NCBI GenBank assembly: GCA_951804945.1
Contig: OX638154.1
Span: 67,642,001-67,706,000 of the forward strand
Direction: 5' to 3'
Origin: Podarcis cretensis
Lineage: Eukaryota
DNA: 64,000 nucleotides
Shown one piece after another: positions 1 through 13,225 of the stretch. The position numbers were made by a program, and so were the translations under genes. Numbering within the stretch: the stretch's first letter is position 1; each line of letters opens with the position of its first letter. The notes beneath the pieces are model-generated. The model saw only the letters and a list, made by a program, of their open reading frames with translations. It ran no database searches and was not told where the DNA came from.

Positions 1-839
1 ACTAAAGATGAAGCTGCACCCACGCTTCCTTTGGTAGTAACATTTCCCAAGCACATCCTTAGCACATTCTTCCACTTGCAAACCTCATTCTCATCCACTC
101 CCAGCAATCATACCCATAACACAGTTAATCCCAAACCAACCACTTGTCACCAGGCAAACAGTGTTAAACATAATTTACAACCAGGTCATTCACCTACTTC
201 CATATAAACAACAGCATAACTACTCACTCCCTGTCTCCCACCCAGGTATACTCTATATTGGTTGAGTCTCTCACATTGAGTGGTATTAAGCAACTTTATA
301 ACTACAATAAATGTACAACCCAGATTCTCGCCCTGGGCAGCAAAACCACAATTCTGTTTATCAGTCAATAATGCATCACTTTCTCCTCACTGCCCTCACC
401 CTTGTAGTGACTGCAAAGGGAAAAGCTAAAGAGAGACCATTGGCTTTGGTGTCTTTTCACTGGAGTTGCAAACCCTAGGGGCGTTGACCTAGTGGAAGCA
501 GCTCACCCCACTTCAGCAGTGTTCTTCTCTAGTCTACACTGGGATACAAGTTAGTGAGCTGCAGCTGTTTACATTCTCCTACTCAGGAATCAACTCCAAC
601 TTAGCATCAGCACCCTGGCCGGCAGGGCAACCAGGAACAGAGTGGGCAATGAGATGAAATGGCCTCTCCCCTGTTCCGTTGCTCCTTAATTCAAAGCAGG
701 TCAGCATCAAGAACAAATTTGAGAGCAGGGATTACGAGCTGCAAAAAACCCCAAAACCTTTGACATCATAAGAGGGGACCTACAGAAACAGTCAGTAAGA
801 AGCATGTTTCTAAAACTTGGACTGTCCTTGAATGGCCAC

Positions 840-1209
840 TGTTATGTACTGAGTTGAATAGGATCCAAACTGCAGCAGTCTGATTGGTCCTAGAACAATA
901 GGATCCAAAAGGCAGCAGTCTGATTGGTCCTAGAACAATAGGATTCAGAAGGCAGCAGTCTGATTGGTCCTAGAACAATGCAGCAGTATGATTGGTTGGC
1001 AGGAACTACCCAATCATGCTCCAGATAGAAGTGAATCCACAACCTGATTGGCTTACAGTAGAATTCCGGAATTAGCCAATCATGTGCAGCCCATTGTGTA
1101 AATAATGTATATAAAGCAGATACTTTGAGGGGACTTTCATTCATTCCTCCTCACCACTATGAGCTGAATAAAGAGCATGAAATCACTTTGCGACTCTGAG
1201 TATATTTCA
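840..1209 (+). mobile_element. Solo LTR, 370 bp, 5-bp TSD
   Basis: Begins TGTTATG and ends TATTTCA. GCCAC is duplicated at 835-839 and 1210-1214. Multiple CCAAT/ATTGG boxes, TATATAAA 1108-1115 and AATAAA 1167-1172 lie in U3-R-U5 order. Confidence 0.9.
857..976 (+). repeat. Three tandem 40-bp units in the LTR U3, each with an inverted CCAAT box
   Basis: AATAGGATCCAAA(C/A)(T/G)GCAGCAGTCTGATTGGTCCTAGAAC at 857, 897 and (slightly diverged) 937, followed by a partial fourth copy. Confidence 0.95.
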
Positions 1210-3940
1210 GCCACAGAAAAGCCTTATGACATCATGGAGACACAACGGAGGACCCCTCAGGATCAAACAATTCTTTTAATGACAAATTTGAGAGTTCCAC
1301 AACACTCTTTTCAGGGCCCCAGAAATGGTTCCTGGGATGCAAGTTAGCCATCTGTGATCTATGTAATGAAAAATACTATACTTTCTTGTTTTCTTGTCTC
1401 TTATTGATTTTTGTACTTAAAGACTTTCTGGCAAGGTCTATTTTTTATCATCATAAAGACATTTGCAATCACTGCTGCTGGGTTGGTTTGGCAGGTTTGC
1501 TCACTTCAGGTGTTAGTAGTCAATTATTATTGTGCAGAATATTATAAGAGAGGAGGAGGCCCCTGGCATTCATGTTTTGTGTGTGTTGGGAATGTACTTT
1601 TAAAGTGTGACTGTTGTACAAGTTTTGTCTTTTCAGTGTGGGATATGACTTCCCTGCCTCAGTTTCGCTGCTGCTTAATTAATTTCAACCTGCATCTCAT
1701 AGTTTTTGAAATAGCATCTGGGATGTGCCAGTTTGACAACAGCAGCCTTCTGGGTCTGTCTTGGAAGGTCTTTGTTTTGGTTGAATACATTTGGACCCTA
1801 ATCAAGAGTGAATTAAGAGAAGCTACTTGAGTTGTGTGTGAGTTCTTAAACAGCTGCAGCAGAGATGAGCAAGGGGAACTGAAACTGGTCTTCTTCCTCC
1901 CCACAACTTATTTTCATGCAACTCCTGCTAATGGGCTCAGAAATCATGTTTTCAATTCCCCATCCAACTTGGGATGTAGGCATGGAAGCTAGAATAGGAC
2001 ACTAGGCATCATCAGCTGCATGTCCTATTTCTATGTCAGTTAATATTTTCATGCCCCTGAATCTTGTAATTATGCATGTTTTAGTTTAGGTAGCAAGATG
2101 AGAAGACATTCATTTGAATTATGGTCACATTTGTTGCTGCACATGTGGTCTTTGAAATTCACTATTTATCTCCTGATTATTCAAGATAATCAGTAATATT
2201 AATGTAGATCCTCAAGTGCTATTTGATGCTCAGTTTAATTTTAAACCTCAAAATAATCTTGGCGTGAGCTTTGATCCTTGTATAATAGCTTCCTGAAGGC
2301 TTACTCTGTGTCACTTTCAGTGGAATTTTAATCTGAGAAGGTGCACTGGAAGCTATCTAGAAATTCAACCTGTCTTGTAAAGGTGTATTTGATCTTAACA
2401 CATCTGAAGGCTATTGAATGGTTTTATTATGAAACTTACTAATACCATATTATTTTACTATTAAATCTTCTTTTACCGTTAGGATGAATGCTTAAGAAAA
2501 AAAAAGATTATCTCTCTATGACAGGTAGCATTTGCTACTTATTTCATTATGCAAGGTAGTAGCAATGTTTAGGTAGCTAATGCCAGTTAAAAAGGTTCCC
2601 TAGTCTATCAACCATTCTAAACCTATGAGCTTTGTAAAGGGTCCACATCATCCATTAATGGCACATAACAGATATTTCTGTCACCCTGCTGTGCATTTTC
2701 TCCATTTTTGATAAATTAGAATTAACTTACTATTTTGCATACTTGCATGCCTATTTATTACATATATTTACAAACCTATTTTAGTTAGTTGACAAAATAA
2801 TCAAAACAACAGGCTCATTTGCACATTACACTTGTGACAGGGCTCATAACAATGCATGCAGCCTCCACAAATAGAAAGTGTCTCTATTCAATAGAGAGTG
2901 CACTTATTTTGATGTCCTGGTGCAGAGGAAGCAGCGATGGCAGCTCTGCAGTGTTTTAATGTCGAACAACTTGTTTTTGTAATAGAGAAGATAATTGGAT
3001 TTAAGCACAATGAACACATTTTTGCATGCCTGCCATGGCAACCAAATAAGTTGAATTTTTGGTTTAGACTTTTACGTTGCCTTCCCCTCTTCAGTGTGCT
3101 TCTTTGATTTTTTCATTTTTACAGTGCTCGAAATAGCAATGGAAAGAGCAATTTAAATTAAATAAGCCGTGCTCAGGGAAACAAAATATTCAGCAGCATT
3201 TTGGCTTAGGATCGGCAATACACAGGACATGGGGGGACAAAAGTAATTGGTAACTCAGCAGTGTTGGCTCCATGATTTGTGGGGTAGGGGCTGAGGATGG
3301 CATACTCCGTGTGGCTTACCAAGATGGAAGAAGTGGGACGTTGAAACAACTCTTAGGCTGCATCTTATTTTCTGAGATAAATTGTGGAAATGGTAGTGTT
3401 TATTAGAGTAGTAAATGAATATTGTATGCAGTTGGGGCTTGTGAATGGGAAGTATGAATGGTTTGTTTGGGTGTGTGAATGGAATGTGCATGTAGTGTAT
3501 GCAGACCGTATGGCACTGCCATGCACTGAGTCAGACCGTCTGTGCATGTAGCTCATTATTGTTTACACTGAATGGCAGTAGCTATCCTGGTGCTCAGGAT
3601 GCATCTACAGCCCCATCTCCTTAAAAGAAGGCAGGAAGGTCAGGCTGGTTTCATGGTTGTATGTATACTGTGTGTGAACAGTGCATGAGCGCATGAATGT
3701 GGCAGAATCTAGTTGGTGCCCTTGCATTCATGGAAGGGCCTTTGACTCAAAGGATGCTTCTGTTCATGGAAGAATATTGGAGGGAATGTTTGCTAATTCT
3801 GACCCCCATCCAAAGCAGACCACACCACTTCCTACTATTGGCTCTGGTACATTAGGGGTACGGGTGGGAAGTGTTACAGAACAGGGTATATAGTGGCATG
3901 GGGAAGGTGGTTGCCAGCGAATGGAGGAATTGGCTTAGAG

Positions 3941-4112
3941 AGCCAGTGCAGTATAGCAGAGTATAGACTAAGACCTAGGAAACTAGGCTTCTAATCCCCA
4001 CTTGGTCATGAAGCTCACTGAGTGACCTTGGACCAATCACTGCCCCTCAGCTTAACCTTTACCTCACAGTGTTGTGAGAGGAGGGAGAAGAAGGAAAGGC
4101 AGCATATAAATT
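3941..4112 (+). mobile_element. Decayed tRNA-derived CORE-type SINE (Squam3/MIR-like)
   Basis: tRNA-like head with decayed B box (GGCTTCTAATCCC) and CORE-like GTGACCTTGGACCAATCACT...CCTCAGC...ACCTCACAG; followed by (AAAT)n. Confidence 0.65.
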
Positions 4113-4120
4113 TACTAGAC

Positions 4121-4123
4121 AAA

Positions 4124-4158
<35 letters not shown>

Positions 4159-4160
4159 AT
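4121..4160. repeat. (AAAT)10 microsatellite
   Basis: Direct reading; probably the expanded tail of the adjacent SINE. Confidence 0.95.
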
Positions 4161-5461
4161 AGGCAAAATTGAGCCATTAGTGGAAGCATCAGCTGGATCC
4201 AAAAACCCTTCCATAAGCACAGTGGGATTCCACTCAAGGCTATTGTTATATTTATTTATCAGTACTTCGCCTTTTTTCCTGACACGGACTCAGGGATGGG
4301 AAAAGATGAGTATGTGTGTAGATAAGAAAGGATATAAATATGATAGTTCAAATAAAAATGCATCCATGTATTTTCTCAGGCCGCCTCCTGGTGTAAATAA
4401 ATTTGAATACTCAGAAAGCCAAATGAATACGAACACAAGTTCTGCACGTTGCCCTGTGTGCAGTGATTCAAATATCTAGACCTCAGTGGATAAGATATTT
4501 ACAACACTATTGCTCATGTTCAGAAACATGAGCAGCTGTGCTGCAAACAAAAAACACACATCTCGCGTAAGACAAGCAGGCCGAAAATTATGTGCTGGCA
4601 GTTAGCATTTTTAGTTGTACACACTGCTATGCAAAGCTGAAAGGAAATATCACTCTTCTAGGATTAATACATTTTGCAGCATAAATAGAGAAAATAGCCT
4701 GTCAGCAGAGCAGGGTTTTGCTGATTGTAAATATGTTTTTGCTATTGCCCCTTCAGTGTAGATGCAAAATGACAACAATCAATAAACGGAAGCTTTCCTA
4801 GCCAAACTAATTATATTTCTCTGGCAGCATGGGTGGCCACTTTAATTCCCCTGAGTAGCCAAATGGATCCATTTTCTAGAAGAGAAAGAGGGAAATACAA
4901 TGATCTTTGGAATATCCTATATTACATTTCTTAGACACACATATATCTTGGGCAACATCTGTAGCACACAGCACCTGTCAGCCTCAAATCTCCCCTCCTA
5001 TTCATGTGTCTATATGGAAATTAGGTAGCTAAATCATTTGAGAGAGTATCACAGAAATGTGAATGTTTACAGGAATTGGGTTAATTTCCGATATAACTCA
5101 CATATCCAAAGCCAGTGCCTCCAGCGGCTTCATCTGTGGTCTTTTGGAAGCACCTCCAATTTGTGTTCTGTATTCTCTGAAGTCCAGCAACTGGGAGGTC
5201 GAAATCATCGCTCTGCTGACTTTCTTATATAGGAAAAAATCTAGGATATCAGCACTGGTGTCAAAAAGATAGTTTACAGATCAAACCTGTAGATAGAATG
5301 TTTTCTGCCTGGGATTGTTCCACCTTCAAAAATGCTGTACAGTAATAAATGCAATTTACTTGCACATTTTATGGTTTACTTGGCTAATGCATGTACTGCA
5401 TGTACACCAGTGTTTTTACACAAATGTGTAACTGTGTGTGTATCTTGGCTATGGCTTACAT

Positions 5462-5596
5462 CAGGCATAGGCAAACTTGGCCCTCCAGATTTTTGGGACT
5501 ACAACTCCCATCACCCATGACCACTGGTCCTGTTAGCTAGGGATGAAGGGAGTTGTAGTCCCAAAACATCTGGAGGGCCGAGTTTGCCTATGCCTG
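5462..5596. mobile_element. hAT-type palindromic MITE, 135 bp
   Basis: CAGGCATAGGCAAAC...GTTTGCCTATGCCTG termini, whole element folds back; 8-bp TSD GCTTACAT/CCTTACAT. Confidence 0.9.
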
Positions 5597-5932
5597 CCTT
5601 ACATGTTTGCTGCATGCAAGTAACAAAATAAATAGCTGCATATGTAGTTTAAAGTTGTGTTTATACCACCTGGAGCTTGTCCCACAGCAGGGACAGTGGC
5701 TTATAGGACTACTGGTATATTGTTCGTAATGGAAGGCCTGAGATCTGTAATAACATTTGTTTGCATAATCAGATCACCAAGATTGAATATAGAATTGTTA
5801 GTAGTGATATTCAAAAGTAGCACAGAATGGTGAACAGAAGGAAGGCTTGGAAAGGTGGATCTAGAGAACCAGATTTACACCATGGAGTCACTACAGAATA
5901 AGTGTGAACACCTGTAAGCTTATTGTTTGAAC

Positions 5933-6116
5933 ACAGTACAGTGTAGCAGTTAGAGTTTTGGACTAGGATGTTGGGAGACCAGGGTTCAAATTCCTACTCA
6001 GCCATTAAGCTAACTGGTTGATCTCGGGCGAGGCATCATCAGACTAATTGACCTCACAGGGTTTTCTGAGGATGAAATGGGGAGGAATACTGTAGTGTCA
6101 TTCCTCCTTGAAGGAA
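5933..6116 (+). mobile_element. tRNA-derived CORE-type SINE (Squam3/MIR-like) running into the assembly gap
   Basis: A-box-like GTGTAGCAGTTAGAG, B box GGTTCAAATTCC, downstream ACCTCACAGGGTTTTCTGAGGATGAAATGG. Confidence 0.7.
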
Positions 6117-6246
6117 NNNNNNNNNNNNNNNNNNNNNNNNNNNNNNNNNNNNNNNNNNNNNNNNNNNNNNNNNNNNNNNNNNNNNNNNNNNNNNNNNNNN
6201 NNNNNNNNNNNNNNNNNNNNNNNNNNNNNNNNNNNNNNNNNNNNNN
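6117..6246. other. Assembly gap (130 N)
   Basis: Run of N. Confidence 1.
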
Positions 6247-8068
6247 GATTGTGTCAGTCACGTTTGTTTGTTTACAGACAGTATTTATAACCTGCCCTTC
6301 ACTGAAGGTCCTGGGGCAGAAAATATAAACATGAAATAACAGATTTGCATTATAAAGGCTGAAACAAAACACACCAACACAAATCTCCATAAAATCACAA
6401 AACCATAAAGTTACAAGGCGGCGGCAGCAGCAAAAATGAAAGCTCAGTGCACCTCACTCAACCCTAGCAGCTTGGACAAAGAGATGCCAGAGTTCCAATG
6501 CAATGAGGAAAGCTGGGATAGCTGGAACAGATTATAGAAAAACAGCATCCACCTCCAGTGCTTTGCCCACTTTCACAGGAATTCCATGGGTAGATGACGG
6601 CAATATAATCAGAATGCTGTTTTCTGTGGCTAACCCATATCAGCTGGTGCACATATCTAGTTATGACTTCAGTTGGTTGGATCTATGTTCAGTTGATACA
6701 ACTGAAAGCACCTATGGTTAAATGGCATGCATCTCTTAGCCATCCCTGGACTGCCTTTCTGTTAGTGCCATGAGTAGTCACTTCAGCATCCCAAGAAGGT
6801 TTCAAATGCTATATCATAACCAATTAGGTTTAAAATAATTTCTGAAATGATGAAGAATAGTCTGGCTTTCTTTTTTCATGTAATTAATTTAAAAATCTAT
6901 TTTAGTTTTCCTTCAGTCTCTTCCAGCTCTGCTTGCTATTAATTATTTGTCACTTGCTAATAACGTCCATTCCACCCATCAACGAAAATGGATGGCTAAA
7001 AAAAAAAAAAAATCTAAAGTTAGATTGTTTATTTTATCACCATGTTTTTGCCTCTGTTAAAGCAGACTTCTATTTTAAAACAACAACAACAATACTTTTA
7101 ACTTTAGAAATGATTTGACACTGGATTGATATAATTTGACAATGAATTACATAATGGCATTATTGTTTTATCTTGCACAAAGTATGAAACATTAGAACCT
7201 TGCAGTCTGTTTTTCTTCTTCGGGACTTGCATTGAAACAGGATCTGGCAATCTCAGAGTGAAATGTAGGTTTCAGAAGCTTGTCACTTGCTCTATTGTTT
7301 TGATATATTTAGCAGGACTATTTTGGTCTCCTCCCCCCCCCCCATCTCTTCCCCCTCCCCTTCCCCCTCCCCATGGCATGTTTTCCTCATAGCTATTAGG
7401 AGTTTTTGGGTTCACACCTATGCATAACATGCTGTTCATGTGAATTAGGATGGGAAATGTGTTGAAATAGCGCATAGAAATGTCCAGCTGGCAGCAAATT
7501 CTGCCAACTGTAGCAAAAGGGACAAGAGAGCAGAGAAGCCTTTGTAAACTTGTAGATCAAGTCCTTAAATATCCAAAGCACTTTTATGATGGTGATGATG
7601 ATTAAATGAATTTGTGTCCTGCCTTTTAGAAACGTATCCCCCACAAAGTATCAAGCATAGAAAACAGTTTTTAAAACCCCAATAAGCAAAACCAAGCACA
7701 ATGTATGACCTACAAAAGAGATGCATGTTCATATTTATGTGAATAGCTGTGAGTGTTTCAACATCATTGCCCCCTGCTACATCTCCCGCTTCCCAAAAGC
7801 TGCTCCTAAATTTGGGGGCTCTTCATATCCCAGCCTCTGTGGTAAGCAAGTACAGGGGCCTTCTTTGAATCAGAGCTCGGCTCCTTTGTGAGAAGTTTAA
7901 AATTATATCTGTGGTCATGCACATGTTTATATTAGTTAATTATCATACAACAGGAGAATGAAACCTTTTGTGGGCTTTCGCACCAAATCCCACATCCCAG
8001 GTTCTGTAATGGGATATGGCTTTCTCTCTTACAGCTATATCCTGCACATCACTTGTTAATACAGGGCT

Positions 8069-8377
8069 CTCAAGGATGCTGGTGGCGCTTTGGTCTAGAC
8101 TACTGAGCCTCTTGGGCTTGCCGATCAGAAGGTTGGCAGTTCGTATCTGCACAATGGGGTGAGCTCCTGTTGTTCTGTGCCAGCTCCTGCCAACCTAGCA
8201 GTTTGAAAGCACGCCAGTGCAAGTAGATAAATGTGGTGGGAAGGTAAACGCTGTTTCTGTGCACTCTGGTTTCTGTCATAGTGTTCCGTTGCACCAGAAG
8301 CGGTTGCGCCGCAACCCCATAGTCACATTTGACTGGACTTAACCATCCAAGGGTGCTTTACCTTTTTTACTTTTACC
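8069..8377 (+). mobile_element. Sauria SINE, older internally deleted copy
   Basis: GGTGGCGCTTTGG...GGGCTTGCCGATCAGAAGGTTGGCAGTTCG...GCCAACCTAGCAGTTTGAAAGCAC...GTGCAAGTAGATAAAT, ACCTTT-type tail; 12-bp TSD TAATACAGGGCT at 8057-8068 and 8378-8389. Confidence 0.92.
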
Positions 8378-8439
8378 TAATACAGGGCTTTACCGGCCAG
8401 GCTAGCCTGCTTCAGGTTTAGGTAAAAATTAGTCTAAGA

Positions 8440-8581
8440 AAGCATTCCCTTTCCAGATTCCCTGACCCTCCAGGTATCATAAGCTAGAACTCCAGCCATC
8501 CACAACCACCATTGCCAATGGACAGGCATGATTAAAACTGTAGTAGAAAATGCCTGTATGGTACCAGTTTGGGGAACATTG
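8440..8581. mobile_element. Strongly decayed copy of the ~135-bp hAT MITE group
   Basis: Residual CCCTCCAG...CTAGAACTCC...TGTAGT...CAGTTTGGGGAACATTG layout; boundaries approximate. Confidence 0.45.
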
Positions 8582-9756
8582 CTTTAGAGACTGTGGCACA
8601 CTAGAGGCAGATCAAGCTGCTACCCCTTTTGTTTCTTCTCTTTTAACCACCCTTGGGAAGCACATGACACACACACAAAGCCAATTTGGTATATTTCTTC
8701 CCTCTGTCGCCTTCATGGCACCATTTGAGAAGCAAACATTTATATGCAGAGATATTTTGTTGAATCAGAACTTCCATCCATAAGAGACGGGGACAGATAT
8801 TTAGTGTTGCTTACCTGCACCCTAAATTGCTCCCATCTCAAGGTCCTATATCATTTTGGTTGACTCATCCATAACAATGGGAATAAATCACATGTCGCAT
8901 GGATCCAAGTGGCGTTCCTAGTTGTGTCTTTGAAAGTCAGACTTCAGCTTCTGCTATAGATACGTTGTACAGATGGTTTTTTAATGTATAAAGCATTGTG
9001 CAGATGGTTTTGATGTATAATTCATGATTGCTCCTGAGTCTTCCCACTGCTAAGGGCACTCTATTGTTCATCCTTTCTTTTTTATGTTTTAGCTTATATG
9101 ATTGTTATTGCCCCTCTGCCTTGCTTACAATCTTCTGTATTGCTCTACAAAAGTCATTTATTAAGACATGAGTTATGTCTACCAAAGTGCTGTGCTTTTC
9201 TATATCCCAGCTTGGCACGGCGACACATGTAATTTAGAAATGAGTGCTATGTAAGAAGCCCTTTTTACATATTGGATTTTAGAAGGAAGGCTGCAGCTTA
9301 GAAGGTATTAGCAGAGAGATTTATTATTGTGCAGTGCTATATTGTGGTGAAGATTTTAATTTGTGGAATAGGTCACTGAAGCTCAGAAAAGGCACCTGTA
9401 GCTATTTGTGTTAATTTAACAAAAGAATCCAGTAGGGTGTTAGTCCATAACTTAATTGCATTGAGTAGAATATTTAACCTGACATTACAGTTTGTGCCTG
9501 TATAGGGTAACCAGAAGCTGCCTCCATTCTGATTTTATGTAGTTTAAGTTCTGTGGAGGACTGTGGAGAGCTGAAATTGACATCCTCCTATATATATTGG
9601 CGTTCCTCCCATGCACAGAAGTCTGCAAGTTTCAGTTGATGCTGAATGCCACATGGGTACTCCCATATAGTGATGGGAACAATTCTAGCCACCTTCTAGG
9701 CTCACTTGCTCCCCACACCTCTCTTCAGAAGAGTTTCACCGAAGTATTGTTCTGAA

Positions 9757-10075
9757 TGACAGCTTGCCATGTCATTTGAACCCCATAAAGGGTGGGTAAT
9801 CCTAAATATGTTTTTTTAAAAAACAAAGAAAGAAACAAACCCATGGTTTAGGTAGTCAGCATTTCAACAAATGATACTTAAGATTAACCACAGTTCAGGT
9901 TTGAATGTAATACTAAGCTGTGGTTAATTAAAATAAGAAGGAAACCCTTCCAATCTCCTCTTTGTGGCTTCCTTAGAGGAGTAGAGGAATGGGAAAGCAT
10001 GCAAGCTCAGGGAGAGGCTAGTCTCTTCCCCTGTCATGGGAAACCATAGTTTATCATGATGCCCAAATACTGTCA
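9757..10075. mobile_element. Old non-autonomous DNA-transposon-like relic
   Basis: GACAG...CTGTC ends, repeated AACCAT/AACCAC-type motifs and an internal inverted repeat ATTAACCACAG/CTGTGGTTAAT; family not assignable. Confidence 0.35.
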
Positions 10076-11659
10076 TTGTTTCTTAGCCACAATTTGAGGA
10101 GCTGATTTCAACCTAAACATCATAGCATCTTCTCTTCTATTTTCCATTGTGCTCTTCAAGCCTTAACTCGGAGCAACCTCTTAAGATCAAGATAGTTTGG
10201 ATGGGGAAACAGGCATTCCCATTGACTGTTCTGTTCACCTGAAGTATCTTTCAGATGCACAATGGAGCCTTTTTATTATGGCTGGTGTGATTTGGAGAAG
10301 TCAGTGTAAGCTGGTTGAGATTTTTAGATCATGCTTTCCTTGTTTTTAAATATAAAATTCTTTCACTCACCCCTTTCCTACTAGGACTGCAATGTCCCCT
10401 TGAGACAGCAGCCTTTCTTTTGAACTTTCTGAAATGTGCCTGCTGCTGGAACTGTAGCAAGAGAGAAGTCACCATGAATAGTTCACTTAACTAGTATTCA
10501 GCAGATACAGTTCTCTCTCTGTTTAGCCGAAGGCTGCTTTGCATTTCCCTGAAACAGTTGTTTCGTGTTATCTCTGTTCCTCCTCTGTAAAATGGCAATC
10601 GTCCTTACCATATTCTGTTTCTACCAAGCTGCTGTAAATACAAAAGCCTTTTACAGATCACATTGCTAAGCATTAAAAAAATACTGGGAAGTACTTCACA
10701 GATAAACGGCAATGTGTTTTATTTATAAGACACCTTTGTTTTAGAGCAAAAGCAGCTTCAGAACAGATTAGGCCGCATCCCAACATAGATTTAAGCACCT
10801 ATTGATTTCAATAGAAAGTGCACCTTCTTTTGACTTGCTGCATTTCAGAGTCCCTCTGTTTTATTTGATGGCACTAATGTATTCATTCAAAATGGCACCC
10901 TGCCATTGTGTAATGGTTGGCTGCATGAATGCTACATAACAATCCAGGATGCTCTTTGCAATAACCCTCTATGTAAAAGAGACGAGACATGAAAATTACC
11001 TTCATATAGTTCAATGGAAACAAGCTAGCCATTTCTCAGTGATGAATTAGAGGATCAGAAATAAACTGGAGGGCTAGGAACTCCACTTCCGACCAGTTAA
11101 TTTCCTGAGGCAGAGGACAATAAGGCAGAAATCTGCTGATGTTTCCAAAGTTTGTTGTTGTTGCCATGCTCTCAAGAGTGTGAGGGGTGCTAGTAAGTGC
11201 CGTACAAATAACACATTTATCCTGCTGCAGTTGCCAACCTTCTGAAGTGAATGTGAAAAGTGAAGATAACAGCAAAGTTGCAATCACTTTAAGTTGCCAG
11301 AAAGAGGTTTCTGGAAATTATCAAACGCTCTTGTTAAAAACCAATAATTTATGAGATTGCTGTTTTCTTTGTAAGAAGTAGTTATTAAGCCACTGTTATC
11401 TCCTACAGTTTGTATATTTGGTATATTCAGGTGCAATATTTTGAACCATTCCCTCCTTTTAACAACACCATTTGAAATGAAGTGGTTATAGCAGGGTCCT
11501 TGTGATGCAATATATTTTTGCGCTTAGTCCTTGAAGTGTTTTGTTTTTCAGACAGCCTCACTTTCTTCATTTTGTGAGATGATTTACAGTTCCTTCTGCT
11601 TGGCCTCTTCCTCAATGCCATGCTTTCTTTCATTATAAATCAATCGAGTGGATGAAGCA

Positions 11660-11880
11660 GTATAAAACCCTTTCCAGAAATCCAGATAAATTATATCCAC
11701 TCTTCTACCAGTGTGGAGATACACTCAAGAAATTCAGCAAATTTGTCATACATGATCTCCCTTTAAATAACCTCTTCTTACTGACCCTTAACTGTTCACT
11801 GAAACCAGAATGCTTTATCACTGCGATAACTGATGGGTGAAATTTTGCAATCAGAAATCCTTCTAGGAAAGAAACTTTGA
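11660..11880 (-). mobile_element. Ancient CR1 LINE reverse-transcriptase fragment
   Basis: Minus-strand translation gives KGRSCMTNLLNF and, after a frameshift, RVDIIYLDFWKGF, matching CR1 RT motifs GRSCLTNLLxF and VDxxYLDFxKAFD. Boundaries approximate. Confidence 0.7.
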
Positions 11881-12275
11881 TCTGATTGTTTCTCAGATCC
11901 AAGGTTGCTAGAATGGATGGAAATGGTAGCGGGGTTCAAAGCCATCTCTACAATATGCAGCTAATGGGGCATGGCCTCTAGACATGCTGGGGCACCAGCA
12001 TATTGTGAGAGTTCTGTTTTCTGCACTTGCCTTAGAAGTACCAGTGCAAGGCTTCTTCCTACCCTGGACAGCTCCTTGCAGGGCTCAGCTGTTGCTCCAA
12101 GGGTAGACATACTCACTCTGAACCTTCAGTAAGCACCTCTTAACTCTCAGTTGCTAGTTCCTTTAGTGAGAAAAGTGTCTCTGTTTAAAAGGGTCCATTT
12201 TGATTTAGCAGTCATTGACTCTAACAGAGCAGGAGAGAATGTAGTTCCACTGGGGCTTCTGAGCTGAAGTCCTCA

Positions 12276-12295
12276 GCGTCAGTAGAGGGCAGCAC
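12276..12295 (+). promoter_or_regulatory. Candidate CTCF site
   Basis: GCGTCAGTAGAGGGCAGCAC resembles the CTCF core; CTGAAGTCC just upstream resembles the upstream motif. Motif match only. Confidence 0.4.
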
Positions 12296-13169
12296 ATCAT
12301 CCTCTGCCTGCAGAGACACTGGCACAAAAGGCTTCTCTTGCTTTTGGCTGCTTATATGCCTCTTGGAATAGCCCTGAGATCGTGTTTCCTCTCTCACTCC
12401 AAATCACTAGCCTCTTGAGAGAGAGGTGTCTGATGCCAGGATCATGGCAGTATAGTTTCATATTAGGAGGACGCATTGATACAACACTACCAGTGATGAA
12501 CTTGAAAGATGGTGTAATTTGGTTTAGGTTAACTTCCTTCATACCCTGTCTCCATTAGTGTTTCTTTGGGCCTAGAATAACGCTCCCCTCAAATCCCACT
12601 TTCTGTGCAGCTGTACTTGTTGCTACTCCACGTTCTTTTGCTTCATAATCAACACACTTTTGTAGCCACTTCTGTTCTCTCTGTGTTTGGCTTCTTTTCT
12701 GGGCTCTGCTAGTCGCAGCCTTCACACAGCAGAGGCAGCTGCCTCAGTTCTTGGCTGACAGGGCATTGTGCTTATTCGCAGTCTTCAATCTCCTTTCCAC
12801 TTTCGGCACCACCTCTGGACTTCCTCCTTTTCCTCCTCTTTTCCCTGCTTTGCCTTTTCACTAACATACTGTGTTTTTTGGCTGGTTTCTGCTTCTAATC
12901 CTTGCCTATCCTGTGGCGAGCTCACAGTGCCCATCTTTTCTAAGTTTTGGTTTGATTTTTATCTGCTTTTAATTTGTTGTGGGGGTTTATAGTTTTGATG
13001 CATAAGCAACTATGTTTCTTAGTCACCATGGGGGCACACACATTATAAAGAATGGTATAGAATTCAATACATACATATACATACATAGTCTTTGCACCTA
13101 GCCTACCTGCTACTAAATTCTGAAATAGTGTAATCATTAAGGGAAACTTATGGCTTACAATTCAAATAT

Positions 13170-13225
13170 TTCCTCCTCCCCTCCCTCCCTCCCTTCCTTC
13201 CTTCCTTCCTTCCTTCCTTCCTTCC
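13170..13225. repeat. (CCCT)n(CCTT)n polypyrimidine microsatellite
   Basis: Direct reading. Confidence 0.92.

Noticed and set aside
857-1000. CRISPR-like regularly spaced repeats
   Set aside because: Head-to-tail 40-bp tandem units with no unique spacers, inside a vertebrate LTR.
1411-1830. 139-aa hydrophobic, Cys-rich ORF
   Set aside because: TTG start, TG/T-rich intronic composition, no domain or splice support.
6010-6390. ORFs spanning the N run
   Set aside because: Artefacts of the assembly gap.
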